Shown: positions 45,888 to 56,515, counted from the first letter of the stretch. The stretch: 64,000 bases of DNA from an uncultured Spirochaetota bacterium (GCA_963781885.1 CAWAHW010000002.1:960001-1024000); one strand, 5' to 3'. Translations and numbers: made by a program. The notes: generated by a model not told the origin, from the sequence alone.

Positions 45888-47576
45888 ATGGCTGTGTACG
45901 TGCGGAAGGTTCTATGTCTGGCGGCCATCGGGCTGCTCATCGCTGCGGCCGGATTTGCAAGCGGCAAGGCCGAAACGGGGGGCACGGCCGCCGCAGGCGC
46001 CACGGCCGCCGCGCCCGCGGGAGCGTTGTCCTGGAAGCAGGACACGTCTCCATTCACCTTCGACCTGTTTTTCTACGGAGCCTGGGGTACGGCCTACCCT
46101 TGGAAGGGCAGTTACGTGGAGAAGCTCATCGAAGGCAAGACGGGTGTCCACCCGAACATCATCGTGCCGACCGGTGACGAGAAGGAGTACCTGTCCGTGC
46201 TCGTCGCCTCAGGAAAGTTCCCCGACGCGATGATCCTGGAGCTGATCAGCCCTACCTTGAAACGGTTGATCGAGACCGGTAACGTCTACCCCATCAAGGA
46301 TCTCACGGACAAGTACGCGCCGGAGTTCTGGGACGCGATCCCGCAAGAGATCAAGTCCTATCACGCAGCGGCGGACGGCAAACTCTATGTGGTCCCCTCG
46401 TTCTTTACCTCCAAAGAGGAATGGCAGCAGAGCCCGGAGAAGGATGTCGTCCGGCCTTTCTTCATTCAAAAAGGGATCTACGAGGCTCTCGGTAAGCCCT
46501 CAACTGACACGCCGGACAAGCTCTTTGCGGTCCTGCAGACGATCAAGCAGAAGTACCCGGATCGCAAACCCTTCAGCATCGAGCCACCTCTGGATGTCAA
46601 CCAATGGGGGTTCGTAGGCTCCTTCACGCTGCAGTACCTGCTTGGCGCCTACGCACCGGAGACCTTTGGAACAACTGGCACAAGAAGCTACTACTTGGAC
46701 GGAAATACAATCAAGCTCGTCTTTCAGTCTCCCGGCATGGTGGAGAGCCTTCGATTCCTGAACCGGCTCTACCGGGCCGGCATCCTGAGCGTCGACAACC
46801 TGACGGAGCAACAAGGGCCCTGGGCAGACGAGGTCAACTCCGGGATTTACGGGGTGGTCACCCGCTACCCGATCGATATCTTCAAGACTCACAACCCGCA
46901 GATCCTGAAGGTCACCGGTGATCCGGGCCGCACGTATGTCCCTCTCGAGTATTTGAAGATCAACGGAAAAGATCCGCAGTACTCAGAGGGGTCACGTTCA
47001 CCGGGGTGGGTTGGCTCAGTGGTGATGAAGTCGGCAAAGAACCCGGGGAGGATCATCCGGTATTTTGAATACAGCTGGTCTCAAGAGGGGCAGATGGATA
47101 ACCTCTTCGGCAAGCTCGGCGAGACTTATCAAATGGTCAACGGAGTGCCCAAGTACCTTCCCAGCATCCTTGAGGAGCAGGCCACGGGCGGCGACGCCTT
47201 CTGGGACAAGTACGGCTTCGAACGCCGCTTGATGATGTGGCGGTCGGTGCCCGCGACGTACCAGAAGCTCGCCATCGCGCCCCAGGCGTACTCCGATTAC
47301 CTGATGGCCACTGGAAAATACGCCAAGGACGTCTGGAACCTCGGTCTCGACAACCTGGACCCGGACCCCGCGTCCCCGGAAGGCGTGGCGCTGCAGCGGA
47401 TGAAAGACGTGTGGAACAGGACCATGGCAAAGATGATCATTGCCGATTCGGACGCCGTGTTCACCGACACGTATAACGCCGGCATCAAGGAAATCACCGA
47501 TGCAGGACTGTCCAACGTCCAGAAAGTACTGTGGGACCGGCACCTCGCCGATCTCAAGCGCAAGCAAGGAAACTAG
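45888..47576 (+). CDS. Oligosaccharide ABC substrate-binding protein (LplA-like)
   Basis: AAGGAGG RBS, signal peptide, Ala-rich linker; IEGKTGV, ASGKFPD and DGKLYVVP. Confidence 0.9.
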   Translation: MAVYVRKVLCLAAIGLLIAAAGFASGKAETGGTAAAGATAAAPAGALSWKQDTSPFTFDLFFYGAWGTAYPWKGSYVEKLIEGKTGVHPNIIVPTGDEKEYLSVLVASGKFPDAMILELISPTLKRLIETGNVYPIKDLTDKYAPEFWDAIPQEIKSYHAAADGKLYVVPSFFTSKEEWQQSPEKDVVRPFFIQKGIYEALGKPSTDTPDKLFAVLQTIKQKYPDRKPFSIEPPLDVNQWGFVGSFTLQYLLGAYAPETFGTTGTRSYYLDGNTIKLVFQSPGMVESLRFLNRLYRAGILSVDNLTEQQGPWADEVNSGIYGVVTRYPIDIFKTHNPQILKVTGDPGRTYVPLEYLKINGKDPQYSEGSRSPGWVGSVVMKSAKNPGRIIRYFEYSWSQEGQMDNLFGKLGETYQMVNGVPKYLPSILEEQATGGDAFWDKYGFERRLMMWRSVPATYQKLAIAPQAYSDYLMATGKYAKDVWNLGLDNLDPDPASPEGVALQRMKDVWNRTMAKMIIADSDAVFTDTYNAGIKEITDAGLSNVQKVLWDRHLADLKRKQGN

Positions 47577-47603
47577 CGGGTCGAGTTCTGGTCTTCTGTC
47601 GTC

Positions 47604-47632
47604 CGGGGTGCCTGCGACTCGCGGGCACCCCG
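47604..47632 (+). terminator. GC-rich hairpin after the binding-protein gene (stabiliser or terminator)
   Basis: CGGGGTGCCTGCG-ACT-CGCGGGCACCCCG, 13-bp stem, no U-tract. Confidence 0.55.
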
Positions 47633-47750
47633 ATGCTCAACAGAAGCCATGAGGCCCGATAAGAGTTGCGCGAAAGCGGTCAACGTGCCGGAAGGGGAGG
47701 GCGGGCTGGACAAGACCATTCCGGTGTGCATCATGGCGGAGTTCTAGACG

Positions 47751-50153
47751 ATGAAGAATCCACAGGTGCCTTCCAAGGAACATCCCTTTCACCTCCGTTA
47801 CGGCAATCAGGCCGACATCTGGAACGACGCGTTGCCGATGGGAAACGGCAGGCTTGGCGCCATGGTGTATGGCCACGTCGGCGTGGAGCGAATTCAGCTG
47901 AATGACGATTCGTTGTGGTACGGTTCGTTCCACGACCGCAACAACCCCTCGCTCAGGGAAAGGCTGCCGGAGATCCGGCGGCTCGTGCTCTCTGGTGACA
48001 TCCACCATGCCGAGGAGCTCATTCTGCAGCACATGGTCGGTGCGCCGTATGGCATGCGCCACTACTGTCCGCTGGGAGAGCTGGACATCGCGCTGAACAG
48101 GCATCTGCCCTTTGCGTTCGGCTGGACGCCGAACAGCGACGATGTCACGGACTATTCCTCCGACCTCGATCTGATGACCGGCGTGCTCACCATCATCCAT
48201 ACGCAGGCGGGCGTCCGTTACCGGAGAGAGACGTTCATCAGCCACCCCGCGCAGGTACTGTGCATCCGCGTTGTGAGCGACGCGCCGGGGGCGATCAACC
48301 TGGACGTCATGATGAATCGCTGCGTCGTGCCCAGCGAAACGAGCACGGACGAACGGAGACCGGGGAGAAGGGTCAGCACGGGCGGCTGGCCGGCGGCAAT
48401 CCTGGATTCGGTCCGAACCGTGGATGACGCCACGATCCTCATGCGCGGCCACGATGCCGAGGTGGAGTTCGCCGCAGCCGTGAAAATCGTGTGCGACGGC
48501 GAGGTGCGAAACCCCGTCTCGCAGCTGCTCGCCCGGGATTGTCGGGAGGTCGTGCTCTACCTGGCCTCCTCGACGTCCAACCGGGCCGACAACCCCGTCG
48601 CGGAAGTGCTCCTGCGGTTGGATGCGGCGGAGAAAAAGGGCTTCCCGGCGTTGAGGGAGGAACATGTCCAGGATTTCTCGGCGCTGATGGGCCGATGCGT
48701 CCTGGATCTGGGCCCGTCGCCGGATAGAGCCACCAATGAAAGGATCGAGGCGGTCCGTGCAGGCGGCAGCGACCCCGCACTGGCGGCATTGTATTTTCAA
48801 TTCGGCCGCTACCTCATCGTCTCCGGCGGGCGTGCGGACAGCGCGCCGCTGAACCTGCAGGGCATATGGAACGCCGATTTCATACCGATGTGGGACAGCA
48901 AGTACACGGTCAACATCAACCTGCAGATGAACTACTGGCCCGTCGAGATTTGCAACCTTTCCGAGCTGCACATGCCCGTCATGGAGCTGTTAGGGAGGAT
49001 GCAGGAAAAGGGCAGGGAAACGGCCCGCGTCATGTACGGTATGCGCGGCATGGTCTGCCATCACAACACCGACTTCTACGGCGACTGCGCGCCGCAGGAC
49101 CTGTACATGGCCGCGACGCCCTGGACGACCGGCGGGGCATGGATGGGGCTGCACATCTGGGAGCACTACCTGTTTACAAAAGATGTGGAGTTCCTCGCCA
49201 GCATGTACCCCGTGCTGCGCGATCTGGCCCTCTTCTTCGTGGATTTCCTCGTGGAAGCAGACGGGAAGCTCGTGACGTGCCCGTCGGTGTCACCAGAGAA
49301 CCGCTACATCTTGCCCGACGGATATGACACTCCCATCTGCGCCGGCCCGGCGATGGACAACCAGATCCTGCGCGAGCTTTTCGCCGCATGCGTCGAGTCG
49401 CAGCGTCTGCTCGACGTGGACCAGGAGCTTTGCGGGACGTTCGCGGGCATTGCGGCCCGCCTGCCGGCGAACAGAGTCGGTTCGAAGGGACAGCTGCTCG
49501 AATGGGACAAGGAGTATCCCGAGCTTACCCCGGGCATGGGCCACATTTCCCACCTGTTTGCTTGCTACCCCGGCCATGGGATCAACTGGCGCGACACGCC
49601 GGAACTGTTGAGGGCCGTCAGGAAGTCGATGGATTTGCGCGTCAGCCACGGTGCGGGCGGGAGCGGCTGGCCGTTGGCGTGGTACATAAACGTGTACGCG
49701 CGGCTGCGGGACGGCGAGATGACGGACCAGTGCATCCGGAGGATGCTCACGAACTCCTCGGCGCGCAACCTGCTCAATGCCATGCACGTCTTCCAGATAG
49801 ACGGCAATCTTGGGGCAACGGCGGGCGTGGCGGAGTGCCTGCTGCAGAGTCATATCGCTCTGCACTTCCTGCCGGCGCTGCCCTCGTCATGGAGGGACGG
49901 CAGTGTCAGGGGACTGCGCGCCCGTGGAGCGCGCGAGGTTGACATGACGTGGCGGGACGGGAAGCTTGCGGAGGCTGTCGTCCGGCCCCAATTCGACGGA
50001 CCGATCGAGGTGATCGGCGACGTGCTGATGGTGACGTGCGGTGGTTCGCTTGTCACGGTGATGAAAACCGGTATCGGATTCGCGTTTACCGGGGAGGGCG
50101 GCAAGTCCTACAGGCTCGCGCCGCCCGCCTTGGCGCAAGGAGCGACAGCATGA
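47751..50153 (+). CDS. GH95 glycoside hydrolase (alpha-L-fucosidase/L-galactosidase family)
   Basis: ALPMGNGRLGAMV, FQFGRYL, NLQGIWN, WDSKYTVNINLQMNYW, PSVSPEN, HISHL and FQIDGNLG. Confidence 0.93.
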   Translation: MKNPQVPSKEHPFHLRYGNQADIWNDALPMGNGRLGAMVYGHVGVERIQLNDDSLWYGSFHDRNNPSLRERLPEIRRLVLSGDIHHAEELILQHMVGAPYGMRHYCPLGELDIALNRHLPFAFGWTPNSDDVTDYSSDLDLMTGVLTIIHTQAGVRYRRETFISHPAQVLCIRVVSDAPGAINLDVMMNRCVVPSETSTDERRPGRRVSTGGWPAAILDSVRTVDDATILMRGHDAEVEFAAAVKIVCDGEVRNPVSQLLARDCREVVLYLASSTSNRADNPVAEVLLRLDAAEKKGFPALREEHVQDFSALMGRCVLDLGPSPDRATNERIEAVRAGGSDPALAALYFQFGRYLIVSGGRADSAPLNLQGIWNADFIPMWDSKYTVNINLQMNYWPVEICNLSELHMPVMELLGRMQEKGRETARVMYGMRGMVCHHNTDFYGDCAPQDLYMAATPWTTGGAWMGLHIWEHYLFTKDVEFLASMYPVLRDLALFFVDFLVEADGKLVTCPSVSPENRYILPDGYDTPICAGPAMDNQILRELFAACVESQRLLDVDQELCGTFAGIAARLPANRVGSKGQLLEWDKEYPELTPGMGHISHLFACYPGHGINWRDTPELLRAVRKSMDLRVSHGAGGSGWPLAWYINVYARLRDGEMTDQCIRRMLTNSSARNLLNAMHVFQIDGNLGATAGVAECLLQSHIALHFLPALPSSWRDGSVRGLRARGAREVDMTWRDGKLAEAVVRPQFDGPIEVIGDVLMVTCGGSLVTVMKTGIGFAFTGEGGKSYRLAPPALAQGATA

Positions 50154-51604
50154 AGATCGACATTTCCTCCGACAGGCCAATCGGGAAGGTGAAGCACTAC
50201 TGGACGAGATGCGTGGGCAGCTGCCATGCCGCGACAGCGCTCCGAGAGGACTGGCGCAGGCAGCTGAAAACGTGCCGGGAGGAGTTCGGCTTCGAATACG
50301 TCCGTTTCCACGGGCTGCTCGACGATGACATGAGCGTCTGCGTGCGAACGGCGAAAGGCTCCATCGAGCATTCGTTCTTCAACGTGGATTCCATATTCGA
50401 CTTCCTGCTGGACATCGGAATGAAGCCATTCATCGAGCTGAGCTTCATGCCGAGCGTCCTGGCCTCCGGTTCGAAAACTGTCTTCCACTACCGGGGCAAC
50501 ATCACCCCGCCGACATCCTACGATGAATGGGGGAATTTGATCGGCGCGCTGGCCGGTCACCTGGTCCGGCGGTATGGCGCCGACGAGGTGCGGAAGTGGT
50601 TCTTCGAAGTGTGGAATGAGCCGAACCTGGACATCTTCTGGGCGGGAACACAGCAGGAGTACTTCCTCCTTTATCAGAGCGCAGCGAGGGCGATCAAGAA
50701 CATCGACGGCCAGTTGGCGGTCGGAGGGCCATCGACGGCGATAGATGCCTGGATACCGGAGTTGAGGGAGTTCTGCGACAGGCAGGGCATCCCCCTCGAC
50801 TTCATCTCAACGCATCATTATCCAACGGATGCGTCGTATGGGCTGGGCCTGGACATGGAAGAGCAGATGGCCCGTTCGGCGCGCGGCGTCTTGCATGCCA
50901 GGGTCAAGAAAGCCTTGGGGGAGGCCGGCCCGATCCCGCTGTACTACACCGAATGGAACTGCTCGCCGAGCCCGCGCGACCCCCACCATGATATGCCGTA
51001 CAACGCGGCGTTCATCGTGAAGACTATCGGGGACAATCTGGGGCTGCTGGACTGCTATTCTTACTGGACATTCTCCGACATCTTCGAAGAAAGCGGCTTC
51101 AGCTCGGTCCCGTTCCACGGCGGCTTCGGCCTTCTGAACATCCACGGGATACCGAAGCCCTCGTACCGGGCGTTCCAGTTGCTGTCGCGGCTGAACGGCG
51201 AACGGCTGGGGGTCGAGGTCGACCGGGTCAGCCCGACAGTGGACTGCGTCGCTTCTCGTACGCGGGAAGGCCTGACCATCCTGATCTCGAATCATCACAT
51301 ACCGAAGTCGCCGATCCAGGCGGAACGCATACACCTGCGCGTCTCCGGCATCAAGCAAGTCCGTTCGGCCTCTCTCGAGCGGATCGACGAGGAGCATGCC
51401 AATCCCAGAAAGGCGTGGGTGGAGATGGGAAGCCCGACCTACCTGGACCGCGGGCAGATTCAGGCGCTGAAGAGCGCTTCAGAATTGCATCGGGAGGACG
51501 TCGATTGGAATACCGATGAGAGGGGGGGCTCGATCGACCTGCTGATCCAGCCCCATTCCGTTGTACTGGTTTCGCTCGTCTTCCACACACCCACTGCCTC
51601 CTGA
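50150..51604 (+). CDS. GH39 beta-xylosidase
   Basis: YVRFHGLLDDDM, PFIELSFMP, FEVWNEPNL (acid/base), YYTEWN (nucleophile), YWTFSDIFEE and PFHGGFGL. Confidence 0.93.
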   Translation: MKIDISSDRPIGKVKHYWTRCVGSCHAATALREDWRRQLKTCREEFGFEYVRFHGLLDDDMSVCVRTAKGSIEHSFFNVDSIFDFLLDIGMKPFIELSFMPSVLASGSKTVFHYRGNITPPTSYDEWGNLIGALAGHLVRRYGADEVRKWFFEVWNEPNLDIFWAGTQQEYFLLYQSAARAIKNIDGQLAVGGPSTAIDAWIPELREFCDRQGIPLDFISTHHYPTDASYGLGLDMEEQMARSARGVLHARVKKALGEAGPIPLYYTEWNCSPSPRDPHHDMPYNAAFIVKTIGDNLGLLDCYSYWTFSDIFEESGFSSVPFHGGFGLLNIHGIPKPSYRAFQLLSRLNGERLGVEVDRVSPTVDCVASRTREGLTILISNHHIPKSPIQAERIHLRVSGIKQVRSASLERIDEEHANPRKAWVEMGSPTYLDRGQIQALKSASELHREDVDWNTDERGGSIDLLIQPHSVVLVSLVFHTPTAS

Positions 51605-51767
51605 ACGGGGAGGTTTCGAGGTGCCCTTCCGGCGGAAACGCGGCAACACCAGAACTCAGATCCGTGCGATAATGGGGTAAACCTGATCAAGGCAAAGCTG
51701 CGTCCCTGCGCGGTCCCTGACCCCTTTTCCTTGCGTTTTGCCGGAGAATGAGGATAATGCATGCACC

Positions 51768-53606
51768 ATGCGGATGCCGTCTCTGCCTCGCTTTGCGTCG
51801 GCGAAGCGAAGCTTCAGGTATCGGCTTATCGTCTCCTTCTGCATCCTGTCGATCATGCCGGTGATCGTCATTCAAGTCGTGTCCTATTACAACACGGCGG
51901 ACAAGCTCCAGAAGAAGATCGACGCCCTTGAGAATGTGAATCTCGTGCAGACGCTCAAGACAATCAGGACGAAAATGGATTTCTACGAGGATCTCCTCCA
52001 TCAGATGTACACCGACGATCGCATCATCGACCTGGTCAACAGGGTGAACGACGGCGAGAACGAGGAGTTCTACTCGGGCCAGCTGCGCCGGGCACTACAT
52101 GCCTACGCCTACGCCATGCCCTATGTGCAGTCGCTTGTCGTCCTGACAAGCAGCGGGAGGATGGTCTTCGATGATCTGCTGACGGGCTACAACACCAAGA
52201 CCTCCTGGCTGGACGTCGCGGGGGGCCAGCCGTCCCAGCTCTTCCAGTCGGTGATCGAGGGGAATGAGACGCGTGTGCTCCCGACGCAGCTTGCCTCCTT
52301 CTATGCGTCGAAGAAATACTACCTCTTTCACCTGGCGCATCGCCTGATCGACTACAAGGACATCCGGATCAAAAACGGCGTGATCATCCTCTCGGTCGAC
52401 GAGCGGATGCTCGGCGAGATCTGCGACGAGCGGCTTGATCCGGCCGCGGGCGGCACGGTGGAAGACGCGGTCTTCATCCTCGCTTCCGACGGGACGGTCG
52501 TCTCCCATCCCGACAAGTCCCTCCTCGGGACGCGGCTCAGTCTTCCCGCCGATCCGCTGGGGCGCGGGAATGCGATCAAACGAATGGCAGCCGGCGGCGG
52601 CCCGGGAGCCCAGAGGCTGTCACTCTACGAGCTGCAGGATGCCAAGACGGGCTGGAGCATCATCGCGGCGCGCAATCAGAGCGTGATGTACCAGGAAATA
52701 GCGAGCCAGCAGCGGATCGCGATCATCGTGATCCTGTCCTCGGTCGCGGTGCTCCTTGCCATCATCTTCCTCATCACCCGGCGCCTCACGCGATCGATCG
52801 GCGTCGTGGTGGCGGCAATGAATGCGGCGGCCGCCGGCGATCTGTCCGCCCGGATCGTGAACGACGCGGCGATGCCGCTGGAAATCGACGAGATCGCGGC
52901 GAACTTCAATACCATGATCGCAAAGCTCGGCGCCCTGCTTGAGGAGGTGCAGACCGCCTCGGCGAAGCAACGCAACGCCGAGATTGCCGCCCTGGAGGCC
53001 CAGGTCAATCCACATTTCCTCTACAACACGCTGGACATGATCAACTGGATGGCGATCGATCGCAACGAGTTCGAGATCAGCAACGCCATTGGCACGCTGG
53101 CGGAGATATTCCGCTACGGCATCGACAACAGCAACGGGATCGTGGAGATCGAGCAGGAAGTCGCCTGGCTCCGCAACTACGTCTCTCTCCAGCAGACGCG
53201 CGTGAAGGGCTCCTTCGAGTTCACGTTGGACCTCGATCCGGCGGCCCGCGCCTGCCACGTCCACAAGCTGCTCTTCCAGCCTTTCGTGGAGAACGCGATC
53301 CACCACGGCCTGCGGGGCGTCGAGGGCAAGCGCGCGCTCGCCGTTTCCATCACGCGGGAGGACGCAAGGATCCGAATCGTGATCGCGGACAACGGGAAGG
53401 GCATCAGCGAGACTGCCCTTCGCGACCTGGAGAACGGGACAGCCCCGGAGGAGGGCGGGAAGGGGCACGTCGGCATGCGCGCGGCCATTGCGCGCATAAA
53501 GATGTACTACGGAAATGAGACCCGTGTGGAGGTCGAGGGCGCCCCCGGTGGGGGAACCCTCGTCCGCATCGACGTGCCCGCCGCGTTCCCGGGAGAACGG
53601 CGATGA
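51768..53606 (+). CDS. YesM/LytS-type sensor histidine kinase
   Basis: Two TMs, HAMP, LEAQVNPHFLYNTL, FQPFVENAIHHG and IADNGKG. Start approximate. Confidence 0.92.
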   Translation: MRMPSLPRFASAKRSFRYRLIVSFCILSIMPVIVIQVVSYYNTADKLQKKIDALENVNLVQTLKTIRTKMDFYEDLLHQMYTDDRIIDLVNRVNDGENEEFYSGQLRRALHAYAYAMPYVQSLVVLTSSGRMVFDDLLTGYNTKTSWLDVAGGQPSQLFQSVIEGNETRVLPTQLASFYASKKYYLFHLAHRLIDYKDIRIKNGVIILSVDERMLGEICDERLDPAAGGTVEDAVFILASDGTVVSHPDKSLLGTRLSLPADPLGRGNAIKRMAAGGGPGAQRLSLYELQDAKTGWSIIAARNQSVMYQEIASQQRIAIIVILSSVAVLLAIIFLITRRLTRSIGVVVAAMNAAAAGDLSARIVNDAAMPLEIDEIAANFNTMIAKLGALLEEVQTASAKQRNAEIAALEAQVNPHFLYNTLDMINWMAIDRNEFEISNAIGTLAEIFRYGIDNSNGIVEIEQEVAWLRNYVSLQQTRVKGSFEFTLDLDPAARACHVHKLLFQPFVENAIHHGLRGVEGKRALAVSITREDARIRIVIADNGKGISETALRDLENGTAPEEGGKGHVGMRAAIARIKMYYGNETRVEVEGAPGGGTLVRIDVPAAFPGERR

Positions 53607-55141
53607 AGATCGCCATCGTGGAGGACGAGCTCAGGATACGCGAAGGCCTGGCGCGCCTCATCCGCAGGATCGATCCCTCGTACGAGATCGTGGGCGAAGC
53701 GGAGGACGGTCTGACGGGCATCCGCATCATCACCGAGCAGCGTCCGGACCTGGTGATCACAGACGTGCGCATGCCCGATCTTGACGGTCTTTCGATGCTG
53801 GGCCGACTCGAGAAGGAGTCGATCAAGGTACAGGCGATCGTCCTGAGCGCCTACTCGGAGTTTTCCTACGCGTGCCAGGCCATCACGCTTGGCGTGAGCG
53901 AGTACCTTCTCAAGCCCATCAACGTCGGGGATCTGACGCGCGCCCTGAAGCGGGTCGAGGAACAAATCGCGCTCGAACGGCAGCCGCGGCGGAGGGAAGA
54001 GGGGCTCTCGCTGGAGGGCGTGCTCTATTCGCTCATCCTCGGCGGGGCCCGCGTCGACGAGGACCTGAGGTCATTCCTCACGCAGCACTGGAAGGTCAAG
54101 ACCGAGGGCTGCTTTGCCCTCGCCGCCATCTATCTGGGGTCGAGCTACGAGAGCGAAGCAAAAGGCATGCTGAAGCGCGTGCAGGCGATCCTTGCAGACG
54201 CGCCCGGTTTCGCGCACCGCATCCTCGAGCTGGCCGGCGCCAAGAGGCTGGTCGTGGTCGCGCTGAATGTGGAGGACGAAAGCGCGCTCCGCGACTGGTT
54301 TGCCCGCTCGTTCGTGCCGCGGCTCAGGGAGGGGAGGCAGAAAGGCATCTGCGTCGGATGGGGCGCGTTCAAGGACATTGCCCGGCTGAGGGACACGATG
54401 CTGGCGCTCGACGCCAGCCTGGACTGGAATATCGTCCTGGGCGGCCGCGACCTGCTTGTCTGGCCGGACGTCAATCGGCAAAGCACCCTTCCCCTGGCCT
54501 ATCCCATCATGGTGGAGGGCGCGGTCCGGACCGCCTTCTGCGCCTGCGACCGCGGCCGTTACGAGTCGGGGATCGGCGAGTTCATGCGTTATCTGCGCGG
54601 GGACAAGGTTTATGCGCCGAAGGAGATCAAGAGCGCCCTCGTCAGGTTCGTCTGGAGCGTCCTCAATATAGCCCGGGAGATCGAGTACGACAGCTACGCC
54701 GCGCTTGACCAGCAGAAGATACTGGAGGAGATCACCTTCGCCGTCACCTGGCCCGAGCTCGAGGAAGCAGGGAATGTCCTGCTGCGTCTCTTTCCGCGTG
54801 ACCCGGGCGAGGCCCAGGGTGACGGCTCCATCATCCGGCGCGCAAAGAACCTCGTCCGCGAGCTGTACGCGCAGGGCATCTCCCTCAACGAGGTGGCGAT
54901 GAAGATCAACGTGACCGCGGAATATCTGAGCGGCCAGTTCCACCGCGCGACCGGCGTGACCTTCAGCTCCTATGTCCGGAGCTACCGCGTTCAGAAGGCG
55001 AAGGAGCTGCTGATCGGCACCAACCTGAAGCTCCACGCGGTCGGGGAGCAGGTGGGCTACCCGGACGCAAAGTACTTCTGCAGAGTCTTCCGGGAGGTGA
55101 CGGGCCTCAATCCGTCCGACTACCGCAGGGCGAATCGCTGA
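53603..55141 (+). CDS. YesN-type response regulator (REC plus AraC HTH)
   Basis: IVEDE, ITDVRMP, LSAYSEFSYA, YLLKP; C-terminal VGYPDAKYFCRVFR. Confidence 0.93.
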   Translation: MKIAIVEDELRIREGLARLIRRIDPSYEIVGEAEDGLTGIRIITEQRPDLVITDVRMPDLDGLSMLGRLEKESIKVQAIVLSAYSEFSYACQAITLGVSEYLLKPINVGDLTRALKRVEEQIALERQPRRREEGLSLEGVLYSLILGGARVDEDLRSFLTQHWKVKTEGCFALAAIYLGSSYESEAKGMLKRVQAILADAPGFAHRILELAGAKRLVVVALNVEDESALRDWFARSFVPRLREGRQKGICVGWGAFKDIARLRDTMLALDASLDWNIVLGGRDLLVWPDVNRQSTLPLAYPIMVEGAVRTAFCACDRGRYESGIGEFMRYLRGDKVYAPKEIKSALVRFVWSVLNIAREIEYDSYAALDQQKILEEITFAVTWPELEEAGNVLLRLFPRDPGEAQGDGSIIRRAKNLVRELYAQGISLNEVAMKINVTAEYLSGQFHRATGVTFSSYVRSYRVQKAKELLIGTNLKLHAVGEQVGYPDAKYFCRVFREVTGLNPSDYRRANR

Positions 55142-55191
55142 CGTCACGCACTGCCAGCGTAATTTTGTCCACCTTTATTAAAAGATTCGCG

Positions 55192-55220
55192 TTGTGCCCC
55201 CGGATTTCTTCCACTACCAT
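55192..55220 (+). promoter_or_regulatory. Putative promoter of the third ABC/GH31 operon
   Basis: TTGTGC-17 nt-TACCAT with an AT-rich upstream tract. Confidence 0.4.
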
Positions 55221-55276
55221 GCGTTTTCAGCTCACGGGCTCATTGCAGCCACGACTCGAACGCAAGGAGGTTTTGC

Positions 55277-56485
55277 ATGAAACGATTCCTCGTATCGGCC
55301 TTCGTGATCTTCGCGATGGTCGCGGTGTTCGCGACCGGCGCCTTCGCCCAGGCGAAGACGGTGACGGTCTGGAATTACTGGGAAACGGTGAAGCATCAGG
55401 AAACGCTGGCAAGGGTCTGCCAGGATTTCAACTCTTCCCAGAGCACAATCCAGGTCGTGACGAAGTACATCCCCTTCGCGGACTTCAAGAAGCAGCTTTC
55501 CATAGGAGCCGCCGCCTCGGAGCTGCCGGATATCGTGATCATCGACAATCCGGACCATGCCTCCTATTCCGCAATGGGCATCTTCGCCGACATCACCGAC
55601 AAGTTGGCCTCGTGGCCAGATCTCAAGCAGTACTTCGAGGGCCCGCTCAACTCCTGCAAGCTGAATGGAAGGCTCTACGGCATTCCCTTCGGGAGCAACT
55701 GTCTTTCGCTTTACTACAACGAGGACATGCTGAAGGCCGCCGGGGTCAAGCCGCCGAAGACCTGGGACGAGCTCAAGAGCGTCGCCGTCAAGACGACCAA
55801 GGGCAACGTCCATGGCTTCGGCATCAGCTCGGTCCAGAACGAGGAAGGCACCTTCGGTTTCCTCTGCTTCCTCTGGGGCAGCGGCAACACATCCTTCCAG
55901 ATCAACAACGCGAACGGTGTCCGGGCGCTCGCTCTGGTCCGCGACCTCGTGAAGAGCGGCGCGATGCCCAAGGAAGTCATCAACTGGACCCAGGGCGACG
56001 TCATGAACCAGTTCATCTCCGGGAACCTGGCCATGATGGTGAACGGGCCCTGGCAGGTGCCGACCATGCGCCAGCAGGCGCCAAACCTGAAGTGGAACGT
56101 CGTGCAGCTTCCCGTCGGCGCGACGCCGGCCTCCGACCTCGGCGGTGAGAACTTCGGGGTCATCAAGGGCGACAAGGTGGACGAGTCCCTCGCCTTCCTC
56201 AAGTTCGTCGCGAGCCCGGCCGAGATGAAGAGCTACATCAACGATTTCGGCTACATCGCGTCGCGCAAGGACGTGGCGGCCACCCAGTTCACCAATGATC
56301 CCATCATGAAGGTGTTCTCGGCGCAGATGGCCTCCGCGAAGCCCCGCGGTCCGCATCCGCGCTGGCCCGAGATCTCCGACGCCCTGTCCCTCGCGATGAA
56401 TGAAAGCATCACCGGTGTCGCGACCCCCGAGGCCGCCGCCGCGGAGGCGCAGAAGACCATCGACGCCGTGGTCAACGCCAAGTAG
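55277..56485 (+). CDS. Sugar ABC transporter substrate-binding protein
   Basis: AAGGAGG RBS, AFA signal peptide, LYGIPF, LYYNEDML.AAGV.PPKTWDEL and AMMVNGPW. Confidence 0.93.
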   Translation: MKRFLVSAFVIFAMVAVFATGAFAQAKTVTVWNYWETVKHQETLARVCQDFNSSQSTIQVVTKYIPFADFKKQLSIGAAASELPDIVIIDNPDHASYSAMGIFADITDKLASWPDLKQYFEGPLNSCKLNGRLYGIPFGSNCLSLYYNEDMLKAAGVKPPKTWDELKSVAVKTTKGNVHGFGISSVQNEEGTFGFLCFLWGSGNTSFQINNANGVRALALVRDLVKSGAMPKEVINWTQGDVMNQFISGNLAMMVNGPWQVPTMRQQAPNLKWNVVQLPVGATPASDLGGENFGVIKGDKVDESLAFLKFVASPAEMKSYINDFGYIASRKDVAATQFTNDPIMKVFSAQMASAKPRGPHPRWPEISDALSLAMNESITGVATPEAAAAEAQKTIDAVVNAK

Positions 56486-56515
56486 GGTCGACCGCGGGAG
56501 GTAACTCAACCAGGA

